Below, in pieces: positions 12,854 to 25,615 of a DNA stretch of 64,000 nt. Each line of letters opens with the position of its first letter. Position 1 is the stretch's first letter. This DNA comes from Mobula hypostoma (Eukaryota): assembly GCF_963921235.1 (NCBI RefSeq), contig NC_086097.1:256186001-256250000 (forward strand), written 5' to 3'. The notes beneath the pieces are model-generated. The model made no database searches. It was given only the letters and a program-made list of their open reading frames with translations, and was not told the DNA's origin. The position numbers were made by a program, and so were the translations under genes.

Positions 12854-13942
12854 ATCTGTCCCCCACTTTTCCTTCGCTACATCGACGACTGCATTGGCGC
12901 TGCTTCCTGCACGCATGCAGAACTCGTTGACTTTATTAACTTTGCCTCCAACTTTCACCCTGCCCTCAAGTTTACCTGGTCCATTTCCGACACCTCCCTC
13001 CCCTTTCTAGATCTTTCTGTCTCTGTCTCTGGAGACACCTTATCCACTGATGTCTACTATAAGCCTACTGACTCTCACAGCTATCTGGACTATTCCTCTT
13101 CTCACCCTGTCTCTTGCAAAAACGCTATCCCCTTCTCGCAATTCCTCCGTCTCCGCCGCATCTGCTCTCAGGATGAGGCTTTTCATTCTAGGACGAGGGA
13201 GATGTCTTCATTTTTTAAAGAAAGGGGCTTCCCTTCCTCCACTATCAACTCTGCTCTTAAACGCATCTCCCCCATTTCACGTACATCTGCTCTCACTCCA
13301 TCCTCCCACCACCCCACTAGGAATAGGGTTCCCCTGGTCCTCACCTACCACCCCACCAGCCTCCGGGTCCAACATATTATTCTCCGTAACTTCCGCCACC
13401 TCCAACGGGATCCCACCACTAAGCATATCTTTCCCTCCCCCCCCTCTGCATTCCGCAGGGATCGCTCCCTACACAACTCCCTTGTCCATTCGTCCCCCCC
13501 ATCCCTCCCCACTGATCTCCCTCCTGGCACTTATCCGTGTAAGCGGAACAAGTGCTGCACATGCCCTTACACTTCCTCCCTTACCACCATTCAGGGCCCC
13601 AAACAGTCCTTCCAGGTGAGGCATCACTTCACCTGTGAGTCGACTGGGGTGAAATACTGCGTCCAGTGCTCCCGATGTGGCCTTTTATATATTGGTGAGA
13701 CCCGACGCAGACTGGGAGACCGCTTTGCTGAACATCTACGCTCTGTCCGCCAGAGAAAGCAGGATCTCCCAGTGGCCACACATTTTAATTCCACATCCCA
13801 TTCCCATTCTGACATGTCTATCCACGGCCTCCTCTACTGTAAAGATGAAGCCACACTCAGGTTGGAGGATCAACACCTTATATTCCGTCTGGGTAGCCTC
13901 CAACCTGATGGCATGAACATTGACTTCTCTAACTTCCGCTAG
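12854..13942 (+). pseudogene. 5'-truncated PLE RT (motif C to thumb) + GIY-YIG reading frame, uninterrupted
   Basis: Open from ICPPLFLRYIDDCIG through FLDL, YYKPTD and YIGETRRRLGDRFAEH to PDGMNIDFSNFR*. The N-terminal RT motifs are absent. Confidence 0.9.
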
Positions 13943-14234
13943 GCCCCACCTCCCCCTCGTATCCCATCTGTTACTCTTTTTTATGCACACATTCTTTCTC
14001 TCACTCTCCTTTTTCTCCCTCTGTCCCTCTGAATATACCTCTTGCCCATCCTCTGGGTCACCCCCCCCCGTCTTTCTTCCCGGACCTCCTGTCCCATGAT
14101 CCTCTCGTATCCCCTTCTGCCTATCACCTGTCCAGCTCTCGGCTCTATCCCTCCCCCTCCTGTCTTCTCCTATCATTTTGCATCTCCCCCTCCCCCTCCA
14201 GCTTTCAAATCCCTTACTCACTCTTCCTTCAGTT

Positions 14235-14270
14235 AGTCCTGACGAAGGGTCTCGGCCTGAAACGTCGACT
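14235..14270 (+). ncRNA. Minimal type I hammerhead ribozyme motif in PLE 3' end
   Basis: AGTC-CTGACGA-AGGGTCTCGGCCT-GAAA-CG-TC-GACT. Stem I is AGTC/GACT, the CUGANGA and GAAA cores are intact, stem II is short, and palindromic ACGT replaces stem III. Predicted cleavage is after C14266. Confidence 0.85.
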
Positions 14271-16557
14271 GCGCCTCTTCCTATAGATGCTGCCTGGCCT
14301 GCTGCGTTCACCAGCAACTTTGATGGATAAAGATAGATCTGGTTCTAGGGTTGAGGTTCTAAACTGGAAGAAGGCCAAATTTGAAGAAATGAGAAAGGAT
14401 CTAAAAAGCGTGGATTGGGACAGGGTGCTCTGGCAAGGATGTGATTGGTAAGTGGGAAACCTTCAAAGGAGAAATTTTGAGAGTGCGGAGGTTGTATGTT
14501 CCTGTTAGGATTAAAGGCAAAGTGAATAGGAATAAGGAACCTTGGTTCTCAAGGGATATCACAACTCTGATAAAGAAAAAGACAGAGTTGTATGACATGT
14601 ATAGGAAACAGGGAGTAAATAAGGTGCTTGAGGAGTATAAAAAGTGCAAGAAAATACTTAAGAAGGAAATCAGGAGGGCTAAAAGAAGACATGAGGTTGC
14701 CTTGGCAGTCAAAGTGAAGGATAATCCAAAGAGCTTTTACAGGTATATTAAGAGCAAAAGGATTGTAAGGGATAAAATTGGTCCTCTTGAAGATCAGGGT
14801 GGTCGGCTATGTGCGGAACCAAAAGAAATGGGGGAGATCTTAAATGGATTTTTTGCATCTGTATTTACTAAGGAAACTGGCATGAAGTCTATGGAATTAA
14901 GGGAAACAAGTAGTGAGATCATGGAAACTGTACAGATTGAAAAGGAGGAGGTGCTTGCTATTTTGAGGCAAATTAAAGTGGATAAATCCTCAGGACCTGA
15001 CAGGGTATTCCCTCGGACCTTGAAGGAGAGCAGTGTTGAAATTGCAGGGGCCCTGGCAGATATATTTAAAATGTCGGTGTCTACGGGTGAGGTGCTGGAG
15101 GATTGGAGAATGGCTCATGTTGTTCCGTTGTTTAAAATAGGATCGAAAAGTAATCCGGGAAATTATAGGCTGGTAAATTTGACGTCGGTAGTGGGTAAGT
15201 TATTGGAGGGAGTACTAAGAGACAGAATCTACAAGCATTTGGATAGACAGGGACTTATTAGGGAGAGTCAACATGGCTTTGTGCATGGTAGGTCATGTTT
15301 GACCAATCTATTAGAGTTTTTTGAGGAGGTTACCAGGAAAGTGGATGAAGGGAAAGCAGTGGATGTTGTCCACATGGACTTCAGTAAGGCCTTTGACAAG
15401 GTCCCGCATGGGAGGTTAGTTAGGAAAATTCAGTCGCTAGGTATACATGGAGAGGTGGTAAATTGGATTAGATGTTGGCTCAATGGAAGAAGCCAACGAG
15501 TGGTAGTAGAGGATTGCTTCTCAGAGTGGAGGCCTGTGACTAGAGGTGTGCCACAGGGATCAGTGCTGGGTCCATTGTTATTTGTCATCTATATCAATGA
15601 TCTGGATGATAATGTGGTAAATTGGATCAGCAAATTTGCTGATGATACAAAGATTGGAGGTGTATTGGACAGTGAGGAAGGTTTTCAAAGCTTGCAGAGG
15701 GATTTGGACCAGCTGGAAAAATGGGCTGAAAAATGGCAGATGGAGTTTAATACAGACAAGTGTGAGGCATTGCACTTTGGAAGGTCAAACCAAGGTAGAA
15801 CATACAGGGTTAATGGTAAGGCACTGAGGAGTGCAGTAGAACAGAGGGATCTGGGAATACAGATACAGAATTCCCTAACAGTGGCATCGCAGGTAGATAG
15901 GGTCGTAAAGAGAGCTTTTGGTACATTGGCCTTTATTAATCAAAGTATTGAGTATAAGAGCTGGAATGTTATGATGAGGTTGTATAAGGCATTGGTAAGG
16001 CCGAATCTGGAGTATTCTGTTCAGTTTTGGTCACCAAATTACAGGAAGGATATCAATAAGGTTGAAAGAGTGCACAGAAGGTTTACAAGGATGTTGCCGG
16101 GACTTGAGAAACTCAGTTACAGAGGAAGGTTGAATAGATTAGGACTTTATTCCCTGGAGCACAGAAGAATGAGGGGAGATTTGATAGAGGTATATAAAAT
16201 TATGATGGGTATAGATACAGTGAATGCAAGCAGGCTTTTTCCACTGAGGCAAGGGGAGAAAAAAACCAGAGAACATGGGTTAAAGGTGAAGGGGGAAAAG
16301 TTTAAAGGGAATATTAGGGGGGGCTTCTTCACACAGAGAGTGGTGGGAGTATGGAATGAGCTGCCAGATGAGGTGGTAAATGTGGGTTCTTTTTTAACAT
16401 TTAAGAATAAATTGGACAGATACATGGATGGGAGGCGTATGGAGGGATATGGTCTGTGTGCAGGTCAGTGGGACTAGGCAGAAAATGGTTCGGCACAGCC
16501 AAGAAGGGCCAAAAGGCCTGTTCCTGTGCTGTAGTTTTTTTCTATGGTTTTCTATGG

Positions 16558-18516
16558 GAAGATAGATTGGGAGCAGATGTTATTAGGGAAATGCACGGCA
16601 GAAATGTGTCAAATGTTCAGGGAACTTTTGCATGGCACTCTGCATAGTTAAGTTCCTTTGAGGCAGTTAAAGGATGGTAGGGTAAAAGAACCATGGTGTA
16701 CAAAGGATGTAGAAAATCCAGTTTAGAAGAAAAGCTTATGAAAGTTTCAATAGGTACTGTTAAGAGCTCTAGAAAATTACAAGCGTGCCAGGAAGGAGCT
16801 CAAGAATAAAATTTGGAGAGCTAGAAGGGGCTATGAGAAGGCCTTGACGAGCAGGATTAAGGAAAACCCCCCACGGCTTACTCCAAGTATATGAAGAGCA
16901 AGAGGATGAGCCATGTGAGAATAAGACCAGTCAGGAGTGAGAGTGAAAGCATGTACATGGAGCTGGAGGAGGTATTGGAGGTACTTAATGAATACTATTG
17001 CTTCAGTATTCACCAGTGAAAAGGACCTTGGCAAATGAGGGGATGACATACAGCAGACTGAAATGCTTGATAATATAGACATTATGAAAGAGGATATGCT
17101 GAAGCTTTTGAAAGGTATTAAGTTAGATAAGTCACCAGAAATGGACGAGATATACCCCAGCCTACTGTGGGAGGCGAGGGTGGAAATTGCTGGACCTCCA
17201 GCGACGATCTTTGCATTGTCAAAAGGTACGGGAGAAGTACCAGAGAAATGTAAGGTTGCAAAGGTTGTTCCCTTGTTCATGAAAGAGAGTAGAGATAGCC
17301 CAGGAAATTATAGACCAGTGAGTGTTACTTCAGTGGTGGGCAAGTTGTGGGAGAAGATCTTGAGAGGCAGGATTTATGAGCATTTGGAAAGAGATGATCT
17401 GATTTGGGATAGTCAGTATGGCTTTATCCAGGGCAGGTCTTGCCTTACGAACCTGATCAAATTCTTTGAGGATGTAACATAACGCATTTAATGAAGGTAG
17501 AGCAGTGGATGTAGTGTATATGGATTTCAGTAAGGCATTTGATAAGGTTCCCCATGTGATGCTCATTCAGAAAGTTAGGAGGCATGGGTCCAAGGAGACC
17601 TTGCTTTGTGGACCTGGAATTGGCTTGCCCACAGAAGGCAAAGGGTGGTTGTGGATGGATCGTATTCCACATGGAGGACGGTGACCAGTGGTGTTCTGCA
17701 GGGATCTGTTCTGGGACCCCTCCTCTTTTTGATTTTTATTAATGAGGAAATAGAAGGGTAGTTTAATAAGTTTGCTGAAGACTTGGGGGTGTTGTAGATA
17801 GTCTGGAGAGTTGTTAGAGGTTACAGTGTGACATTGATAGAATGCCGAACTGGGCTGAGGTGTGGCAGATGTGTTCAAGCCAGGTAAGTATGAAGTGGTT
17901 CACTCCAGTAGGTCAAATTTGAAGACGGAATATAATATTAATGGTAAGACTCCTGGCAGTGCGGAGGATCAGAGGGACCTTGGGGTCCATGTCCCTCAGA
18001 CACTCAAAGCTGCTGCACAGGCTGAGTGCTGCTAAGAAGGCGTATGGTGTGTTGGCCTTCATCAATCATGGGATTGAGTTCAAGAGCCGTGAGGTAATGT
18101 TACAGCTGTAAAAGACCTTAGTTAGACCCCACTTGGTGTACTGTGTTCAGTTCTGGTCACCTCATTACAGGAAGGATATGGATACTATACAGAGTGCTGA
18201 GGAGATTTACAAGGACGTTACCTGGATTGGACAGCATGCCTTATGAGAATAGGTTGAGTGAGCTCAGCCTTTTCTCTTTGAAGTGACGGAGGACAAAGGG
18301 ACCTGATAGAGGTGTAGAAGGTGATGAGAGGCATTGATCGTGTGGATAGCCAGTGACTTTTTCCCAGGGCTGAAGTGGCTGACACGAGGGGGCATAGTTT
18401 TAAGATGCTTGGAAGTAAGTACAAGGGGGTAAGTTTTTTCACACAGAGAGTGGTGGGTGCATGGAAAGCACTTCCAGTGAAGGTGGTAGAGGCAGATACA
18501 ATAGGGTCTTTTAAGA
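16558..18516 (+). mobile_element. Older decayed CR1 ORF2 fragment
   Basis: [25 protein letters not shown] and a 3' region FFTQRVVGAW, with many stops. Confidence 0.8.
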
Positions 18517-18655
18517 CAGGGGTCCCCAACTTTTTGCGCACCGCAGACCGGTTTAATATTGACAATATTCTTGCGAACCGGCCAACGGGGGGGGGGGGGT
18601 GTTCAAGTTCAACAGTGTGTGACAGGGAATGAGGAAAGGTGCACATCATATCATA
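18517..18655 (+). mobile_element. hAT-type non-autonomous element, single end
   Basis: Starts CAGGGGTCCCCAAC (Charlie/Tip100-style terminus) and abruptly interrupts CR1. No partner TIR found. Confidence 0.45.
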
Positions 18656-18659
18656 TGTG

Positions 18660-20390
18660 GAATATTTGGCACCTTTGAGCCTGTACTCACTGGAATTTAG
18701 AAGAACGCATGGGGATCTCATTGAAACTTACTGAATGGTGAAAGGGGCAAGATGGGGTGGATGTCGGGAGGATGTTTCCTATGGTGGGGTATTCAGAACT
18801 AAAGGGCACAGCTGCAAAATTGAGGGGTGGCCCTTTAGAACAGAATTAAGGAGGAATTTTAATACAATTTAGCCAGAGGGTAGTAAATGTATGGAATGCT
18901 CTGCCACAAACTGCGGTGGAGGTGATGTCTGTGTGTATATTTAAGGCGGAGTTTGATTGTTTCCCAATTGGTCATGGGATCAAAGGAAATGGCGAGAAGG
19001 CAGGTGTATGATGGAATGGCAGAGCAGACTTGATGGGCTGAAAGGCCTAATTCTGCTCTTGTGTCTGAAGGCCTTATGATTACAGGGAGAAGGCCAGGAG
19101 CGGGGCTGAGGAGTGGGGGGAGAAAAGGATCAGCCATGATTAAATGGTGGAGCAGACTCAATGTGCCAAATGGTCTAATTCTACTCCTATGTCTTTTGGT
19201 CTTGTAGTCTTGTAACCCTATTGAACAGTGAAAGGACTTGATAGAATGTATATGGAGAGGATGTTTCCTATGGTGAGAGAGTCTAAGACCAGGCTACACA
19301 GCCTCAGAATAGAGGGGTGTCCTTTTAATACAGAGATGAGGAGGAATTTCTTTAGCCAGAGAGTGGAGAATCTGTGGAACTTGTTGCCACAGGCAGCTGT
19401 GGAGGCCCAGTCTTTATGTATATTTAAGGCAGAAGTTAATAGATTCTTGATTGGTCAGAGCCTGAAGGGATATGGGGAGAAGGCAGGAGATTGAGACCGA
19501 GGGGAAAATTGGATCTGCCATAGTGGAGCAGACTCAATGGACCAAATGGCCTAATTCTGCTCCTATATCATATGGTCTTATAGTCCCAAATTGTAATAGT
19601 GTCACTCTAACCACTATGCTACTGTGGTGCCCAGCCATGAATGGAGATAAGGAGGAATTTATGTACTGTAAATTTAAGATAAAGGTTGATAGATTCTTGA
19701 TTGTCCAGGGCATGAAGGGATACAGGGAGAAGGCAGGAGATAGGGGTTGCGAGGAAAATTGGATCAGCCATGAAGAAATGGTGGAGCAGACTTGATTGGC
19801 CAAATGGACTAATTCGGCTCCTATATCTTATGGCCTTGTAGGAAAGAGAAAGGAGAGTCAGTGGATGTTGTGCAATTGAATTTTCAAAAGTTCTTTGACA
19901 AGATGCCACACGGCGAGGCTGCTTAACAAGTTAAGAGCCCATGGTATTACAGAAAAGATACTAGCATGGGTGGAGCACTGGCTGATTAGCAGGAGGCAAA
20001 GAGTGAGAATAAAGGGAGCCCTTTCTGGTTGGCTGCCAGTGACTAGTGGTGTTCCACAGGGGTCTGTGTTGGGACCGATTCCTTTGATGTTATATGTCAA
20101 TGATTTGGATGATGGAATTGATGGTTTCGTGGCTAAGTTTGCGACGATATTAAGGTGGGTGGCGAGCCAGGTAGCATTGAAAAAGCAGAGAAGCTGAAGA
20201 AGGGCTTAGACCAATTAGGAGAATAAGCAAAGTGGTGACAAACAGAATATTGTGTTGGGAAGTGTTTGGTCATGCACTTTGTTAGACAGTATAAAACCAT
20301 GGACTATTTTCTAAATGGGGAGAAAGTTCAAAAATGTGAGGTGTAAAGTGATTTGGGAGTGCTCATGCAGGTTTCCATAAACATTAGTTT
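18660..20390 (+). mobile_element. Stack of decayed CR1 3' ends and an RT fragment
   Basis: Repeated FFSQRV.NLWN.LP / aatggcctaattctgctcct / tatggtctt tails. VPQGSVLGP at about 20050. Confidence 0.7.
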
Positions 20391-20394
20391 ATCA

Positions 20395-22005
20395 GCACCT
20401 GATTAGTTCCAAGGGTCTGGACGGAGCAGAGTTTGTTAAGTGTGTCCAGGACGGATTCCTGTCACAGTATGTTGACAGGCCGACTAGGGAGGAATGTCAT
20501 ACTAGATCTAGTATTAGGTAACGAACAGGGTCAGGTCACAGATCTCTCAAGTGGGTGAGCATCTGGGGGACAGTGACCACCACTCCCTGGCCTTCAGCAT
20601 TACAATGGAAAAGGATAGAATCAGAAAGGACAAGATTGGGGCAGGGCAAATTATGAGGCTATAAGGCTAGAACTTGAGGGTGTGAATTGGGATGATGTTT
20701 TTGCAGGGAAATGTACTATGGACATGTGGTTGATGTTTAGAGATCTCTTACAGGATGTTAGGGATACATTTGTCCCAGTGAGGAAGATAAAGAATGGTAG
20801 GGTGAAGGAACCATGGGTGACAAGTGAGGTGGAAAATCTAGTCAGGTGGAAGAAGGCAGCATACATGAGGTTTAGGAAGCAAGGATCAGATGGGTCTATT
20901 GAGGAATATAGGATAGCAAGAAAGGAGCTTAAGAAGGGGCTGAGAAGAGCAAGAAGGGGGCATGGGAAGGCCTTGGCGAGTAGGGTAAAAGAAAACCCCA
21001 AGGCATTCTTCAATTATGTGAAGAACAAAACGATGACAAGAGTAATGGTAGGACTGATTAGAGATAAAGGTGGGAAGTTGTACCTGGAGGCTGTGGAAGT
21101 GAGCGAGGTCCTCAATGAATACTTCTCTTCGGTATTCACCAATGAGAGGGAACTTGATGATGGTGAGGACAATATGAGTGAGGTTGATGTTCTGGAGCAT
21201 GTTGATATTAAGGGAGAGGTGGTGTTGGAGTTGTTAAAATACATTAGGACGGATAAGTCCCCGGGGCCTGACGGAATATTCCCCAGGCTGCTCCAAGAGG
21301 CGAGGGAAGAGATTGCTGAGCCTCTGGCTAGGATCTTTATGTCCTCGTTGTCCACGGGAATGGTACCGGAGGATTGGAGGGAGGCGACTGTTGTCCCCTT
21401 GTTCAAAAAAGATAGTAGGGATAGTCAGGGTAATTATAGACCAGTGAGCCTTACGTCTGTACTGGGAAAGCTGTTGGAAAAAATTCTTAGAGATAGGATC
21501 TATGGGCATTTAGAGAATCATGGTCTGATCAAGGACAGTCAGCATGGCTTTGTGAAGGGCAGATCGTGTCTAACAAGCTTGATAGAGCTCTTTGAGGAGG
21601 TGACCAGGCATATAGATGAGGGTAGTGCAGTGGATGTGATCTATATGGATTTTAGTAAGGCATTTGACAGGATTCCACATGGTAGACTTATTCAGAAAGT
21701 CAGAAGGCATGGGATCCAGGGAAGTTTGGCCAGGTGAATTCAGAATTGGCTTGCCTGCCGAAGGCAGAGGGTGGTGGTGGAGGGAGTACATTCAGATTGG
21801 AGGATTGTGACTAGTGGTGTCCCACAAGGATCTGTTCTGGGACCTCTACTTTTCATGATTTTTATTAACGACCTGGATGTGGGGGTAGAAGGGTGGGTTG
21901 GCAAGTTTGCAGACGACACAAAGGTTGGTGGTGTTGTAGATAGTGTAGAGGATTGTTGAAGATTGCAGAGAGACATTGATAGGATGCAGAAGTGGGCTGA
22001 GAAGT
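20395..22005 (+). mobile_element. CR1 ORF2 fragment (family of 28795-29855 and 55826-63037)
   Basis: ORFs 20682-21737 and 21771-21959: [27 protein letters not shown]. Confidence 0.88.
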
Positions 22006-23130
22006 GTCCTTACATTGGTTTTTTATGTACCCCTCAACTTCCCTAGTCAGCCACGGTTGCTTACCCTTGCCATTTGAGAACAACTTCTTCTGTGGGACAC
22101 ATCTATCCTGCATCTTGTGAACTACATCCAGAAACTTCAGTCATCTCTGACCAGACTATCGTGGTCACTAGATGCAAAGTGTCCCCCTACATAAACTTCC
22201 GTCACCTGCCCACGAGGAGAAGATAGGGAGGCAGATTCTGGAATGGTACAATAATAATAGGGTTGTTGTGGCAGGTGATTTTAACTTCCCTAATATTGAC
22301 TGGCATCTCCTTAGAGCTAGGGGTTTGGATGGGGCAGAATTTGTTCGTTGTGTTCAGGAAGAGTTCCTGATGCAAAACGTAGATAAGCCAATTAGAGAAG
22401 AGGCTGTACTTGATCTGGCATTGGGAAATGAACCTAGTCAGGTATCAGATCTCTCAGTGGGAGAGCATGGGTAGTGATTATAACTCTATCATAGCATTGG
22501 AAAAGGATAGGAGCAGATGCAAAGACCATCGCCAGAGGCTAAGCAATCCCCTGCCTCACTTCCTACAGTAGCCTGGGGTATATCTTGTCCAGACCCGGTG
22601 ACTTATCTAACTTCATGTTTTTCAAGAGATTCAACACATCCACATCCTGTATGCATTTCAGTCCACTGTAAGTCATCTGCACAATTGCCAGGGTCCTTTT
22701 CCCTGGTGAATAGTGAACCAAAGTATTCATTAAGTACCTCTGCTATCTCCTCCGTCTCCATGCACACATTTCTACTATTGCAGACAATTTGGGAAAGCAT
22801 TTAATTGGGGTAGGGGGAAATATGATGCTATTAGTCAGAATCTTGGGAGCATTAATTGGGAGCAGATGTTCACAAGGAAGTGCATGGCAGAAATGTGGCA
22901 AAGGTTCAGGGAATATTTGCATAGCATTCTGAATAGGTATGTTCCATTGAGGCAGGGAAAGGATGGTAGGGTAAAAGAGGCAGAATATAGGTACATGGAG
23001 CTTAGAAAAATAAAGGGCTATGCGGTAGGGAAATTATAGGCAGTGTCTAGAGTAGGTTTACACAGTTGGCACAACATTGTGCGCTGAAGGGCCTGTAAAG
23101 TGCTGTAGATTTTCTGTTCTACGTTCTATG
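22006..23130. mobile_element. Mosaic of short CR1 fragments on both strands
   Basis: GDFNFPNIDW (+, about 22270), AEVLNEYF (-, about 22730) and a CR1 tail at about 23110-23130. Confidence 0.6.
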
Positions 23131-23195
23131 CCTCGTCTCATTCCCTAATAGTAGGTCCAGCATCGTACATTCTCTCATTGGGACTTCTCTGTAAA

Positions 23196-24203
23196 ACATA
23201 GAAAACATAGAAAATAGATGCAGGAATAGGCCATTCGGCCCTTCGAGCCTGCACCGCCATTCAGTATGATCATGGCTGATCATCCAATTCAGAACCCTGT
23301 ACCAGCCTTCCCTCCATACCCCCTGATCCCTTTAGCCACAAGGGCCATATCTAACTCCCTCTTAAATATAGCCAATGAACTGGCCTCAACTGTTTCCTGT
23401 GGCAGACAATTCCACAGATTCACCACCCTCTGTGTGAAGAAGTTTTTCCTAATCTTGGTCCTAAAAGGCTTCCCCTTTATCCTCAAACTGTGACCCATCG
23501 TTCTGGACTTCCCCAACATCGGGAACAATCTTCCTGCATCTAGCCTGTCCAATCCCTTTAGGATTTTATACGTTTCAATCAGATCCCCCCTCAACCTTCT
23601 AAATTCCAACGAGTGTAAGCCTAGTTCATCCAGTTTTTCATCATATGAAAGTCCTGCCATTCCAGGAATCAATCTGGTGAACCTTCTTTGTACCCCCTCT
23701 ATGGCAAGGATGTCTTTCCTCAGATTAGGGGACCAAAACTGCACACAATACTCCAGGTGTGGTCTCACCGAGGCCTTGTACAACTACAGTCGTACCTCCC
23801 TGCTCCTGTACTCGAACCCTCTTGCTATAAGTGCCAGCATACCATTCGCCTTTTTCACCGCCTGCTGTACCTGCATGTCCACTTTCAATGACTGGTGTAT
23901 AATGACACCCAAGTGTCGTTGCACCTCCCCTTTTCCTAATCAGCCACCATTCAGATAATAATCTGTTTTCCTGTTTTTGCCACCAAAGTGGATAACTTCA
24001 CATTTATCCACATTAAATTGCATCTGCCATGAATTTGTCCACTCACCTAACCTATCCAAATCACCCTGCATCCTCTTAGCATCCTCCTCACAGCTAACAC
24101 TGCCACCCAGCTTCCTGTCATCCACAAACTTGGAGATGCTACATTTAATTCCCTCATCCAAGTCATTAATATATATTGTAAATAACTGGGGTCCCAGCAC
24201 TGA
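23196..24203 (-). mobile_element. Young CR1 3' portion (family of 38627-39166 and 40735-42395)
   Basis: Tail aaacatagaaaacatagaaa. ORFs 23289-23783 and 23940-24227 (VLGPQLFTIYIND, RPHLEYCVQFW). Confidence 0.88.
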
Positions 24204-24318
24204 TGAAGGAAACTTTCCTGAACACATTTAATAAATTCTATCCCATCTCGTCCTTTAACAGTGTGATAGTCGCAGTAAATATGTGGGAAGTTAAAATCAC
24301 CTATTATAACAACCTTAT

Positions 24319-25200
24319 AAACAAGAGAAAATCTACAGATGCTGGAAAGCCGAGCAACACACACAAAATGCTGGAGGAACTCAGCAGAATAGGCAGTATC
24401 TATGGAAAAAAAGTACAGTCGACATTTCAGGCCGAAACCCTTCGGTAGAACTGGAGGAAAAAGTGCTGAGGCGTAGATTTGAAAGGTGGGGGGGAGGGGA
24501 GAGAGAAATGCCAGGCGATAGGTGAAACTTGGAGGAGGAGGAATGAAGCAAAGAGCTGGGAAGTTGATTGGTGAATGAGACAGAAGGCTATGGAAGAAAG
24601 AAAAACGGGTGGGAGGGGTAGGAGGAGCACCAGTGGGTTGCGATGGAGGGGCAAGGAGATAACGTGAGCGAGAGACAAGGGGGTAGGGGGGAGGCATTAC
24701 TGGAAGTTTGAAAAATCAATGATCGTGACATCAGATTGGAGGCTATCCAAACGGAATACAAAGTATTGTTCCTCCATCCTAAGGGTGACCTTATCCCGAC
24801 AGTGGAGGAGGCCATGGATGGACATATCGGAATGGGAAGTAGAATTAAAATGGGTGGCCACTGGGAGATCCCGCTTGTTCTGGCGAATGAAGCATAGATG
24901 CTCACCGAAGTGGTCTCCCAATCTACATCGGGTCTCACCAATATACAAGCGGCCACACCAGGAGCACCAAACACAGTACATGACCCTAACATACTTGCAG
25001 ATGAAGTGTCGCCTCACCTGGAAGGATTGTTTGGGGCCCTGAGTGGTAGTGAGGGAGGAGGTGTAGGGGCAGGAATAGCACTTATTCTGCCTGCAAGGAT
25101 AAGTGCCAGGAGGGAGATCAGTGGGGAGGGACAAATGGACAAGGGAGTCCCTGTGGAAAGTACAAAGTTGGGGGGCGGAGGGGAGGAGAATGTGTTTAGT
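24319..25200 (-). mobile_element. Older single-arm PLE (GIY-YIG + 3' tail) with decayed hammerhead
   Basis: ORF 24697-25209 has VMYCVWC..LYIGET..FGEH, PVATHF. Minus-strand 24417-24452 reads AGTT-CTACCGA-AGGGTTTCGGCCT-GAAA-TGTC-GACT (core mutated). Confidence 0.85.
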
Positions 25201-25307
25201 GTTTGCCACACCAGGAGCAACCTTATGTTTCTTGCAACAATCTGCAAGTTCTTCACCAATTTGTTCCGCTAAATCCCTGGGACTGTTTGGTGGTAATATA
25301 GCCCCAT

Positions 25308-25615
25308 TAACATCGAGAGGTGGGAGGACATCGCAAGCAATCGCTCTTGCTGGAGGCTGGAACTACGTAGAGGTCTAAAAAGAGGAGAAGAGAAGCTGAG
25401 GCTTGCTGCTGAAGAAAAGTGCACTCGCCGAATAATCAGCACCAAGACAACACTGGAGGACAGAATCTTCAAGTGCAGTTGCTGCAGCCGAGACTGTCAC
25501 TCCCGTGTGGATCTCGACAGCCACAACAGACGCTGCTCTACCAACACAGACCGAAGCAAGACTTTTCAGACGCAGATCCATGGTCTCACGAGACTAACAG
25601 ATGCCACCACCAACG
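25308..25615 (+). mobile_element. RTE-clade LINE 3' end
   Basis: WEDIASNRSCWR...FKCSCCSRDCHSRVDLDSHNRRC, an RTE-type C-terminal zinc finger. Confidence 0.7.

Larger units (their letters stand above)
11377..14322. mobile_element. Penelope-like element (Neptune-like), two 5'-truncated copies head-to-head, 15 bp TSD
   Basis: Left arm is minus (11377-12853) and right arm is plus (12854-14322). ATGGATAAAGATAGA is duplicated at 11362-11376 and 14323-14337. Encodes RT (RYIDD), a Cys-rich linker (CKRNKCCTC) and a GIY-YIG endonuclease (VKYCVQC..YIGET..RFAEH, PVATHF). Confidence 0.95.
9735..16557 (+). mobile_element. Near-full-length young CR1 LINE, split by the PLE doublet at 11377-14322
   Basis: ORF1 esterase 10050-10469 (VIGDSIVRG, VHIGSND). 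Endonuclease from about 10700 (YFNARS, ISETW, YYRPP, GDFNFP). 678 aa RT ORF 14441-16477 ([14 protein letters not shown]). Tail ttctatggttttctatgg. Confidence 0.92.

Noticed and set aside
12785..13942. 385 aa ORF as a complete novel RT-nuclease protein (and its mirror 12125-12958)
   Set aside because: The first 23 codons are the antisense of the left arm read across the inversion junction. The real PLE frame starts at 12854 and lacks the N-terminal RT motifs.
11377..14322. Inverted repeat as an assembly or chimeric-read artefact
   Set aside because: It is bounded by a 15 bp TSD, the arms differ at several positions and in length, the host CR1 resumes exactly, and the same layout recurs twice more. 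Long reads would still be the definitive check.
14441..16477. Long ORFs (678 aa here, 586 aa at 61217, 439 aa at 26663) as host genes
   Set aside because: They are CR1 ORF2 RT segments with multiple near-identical copies in the window and disrupted upstream frames.
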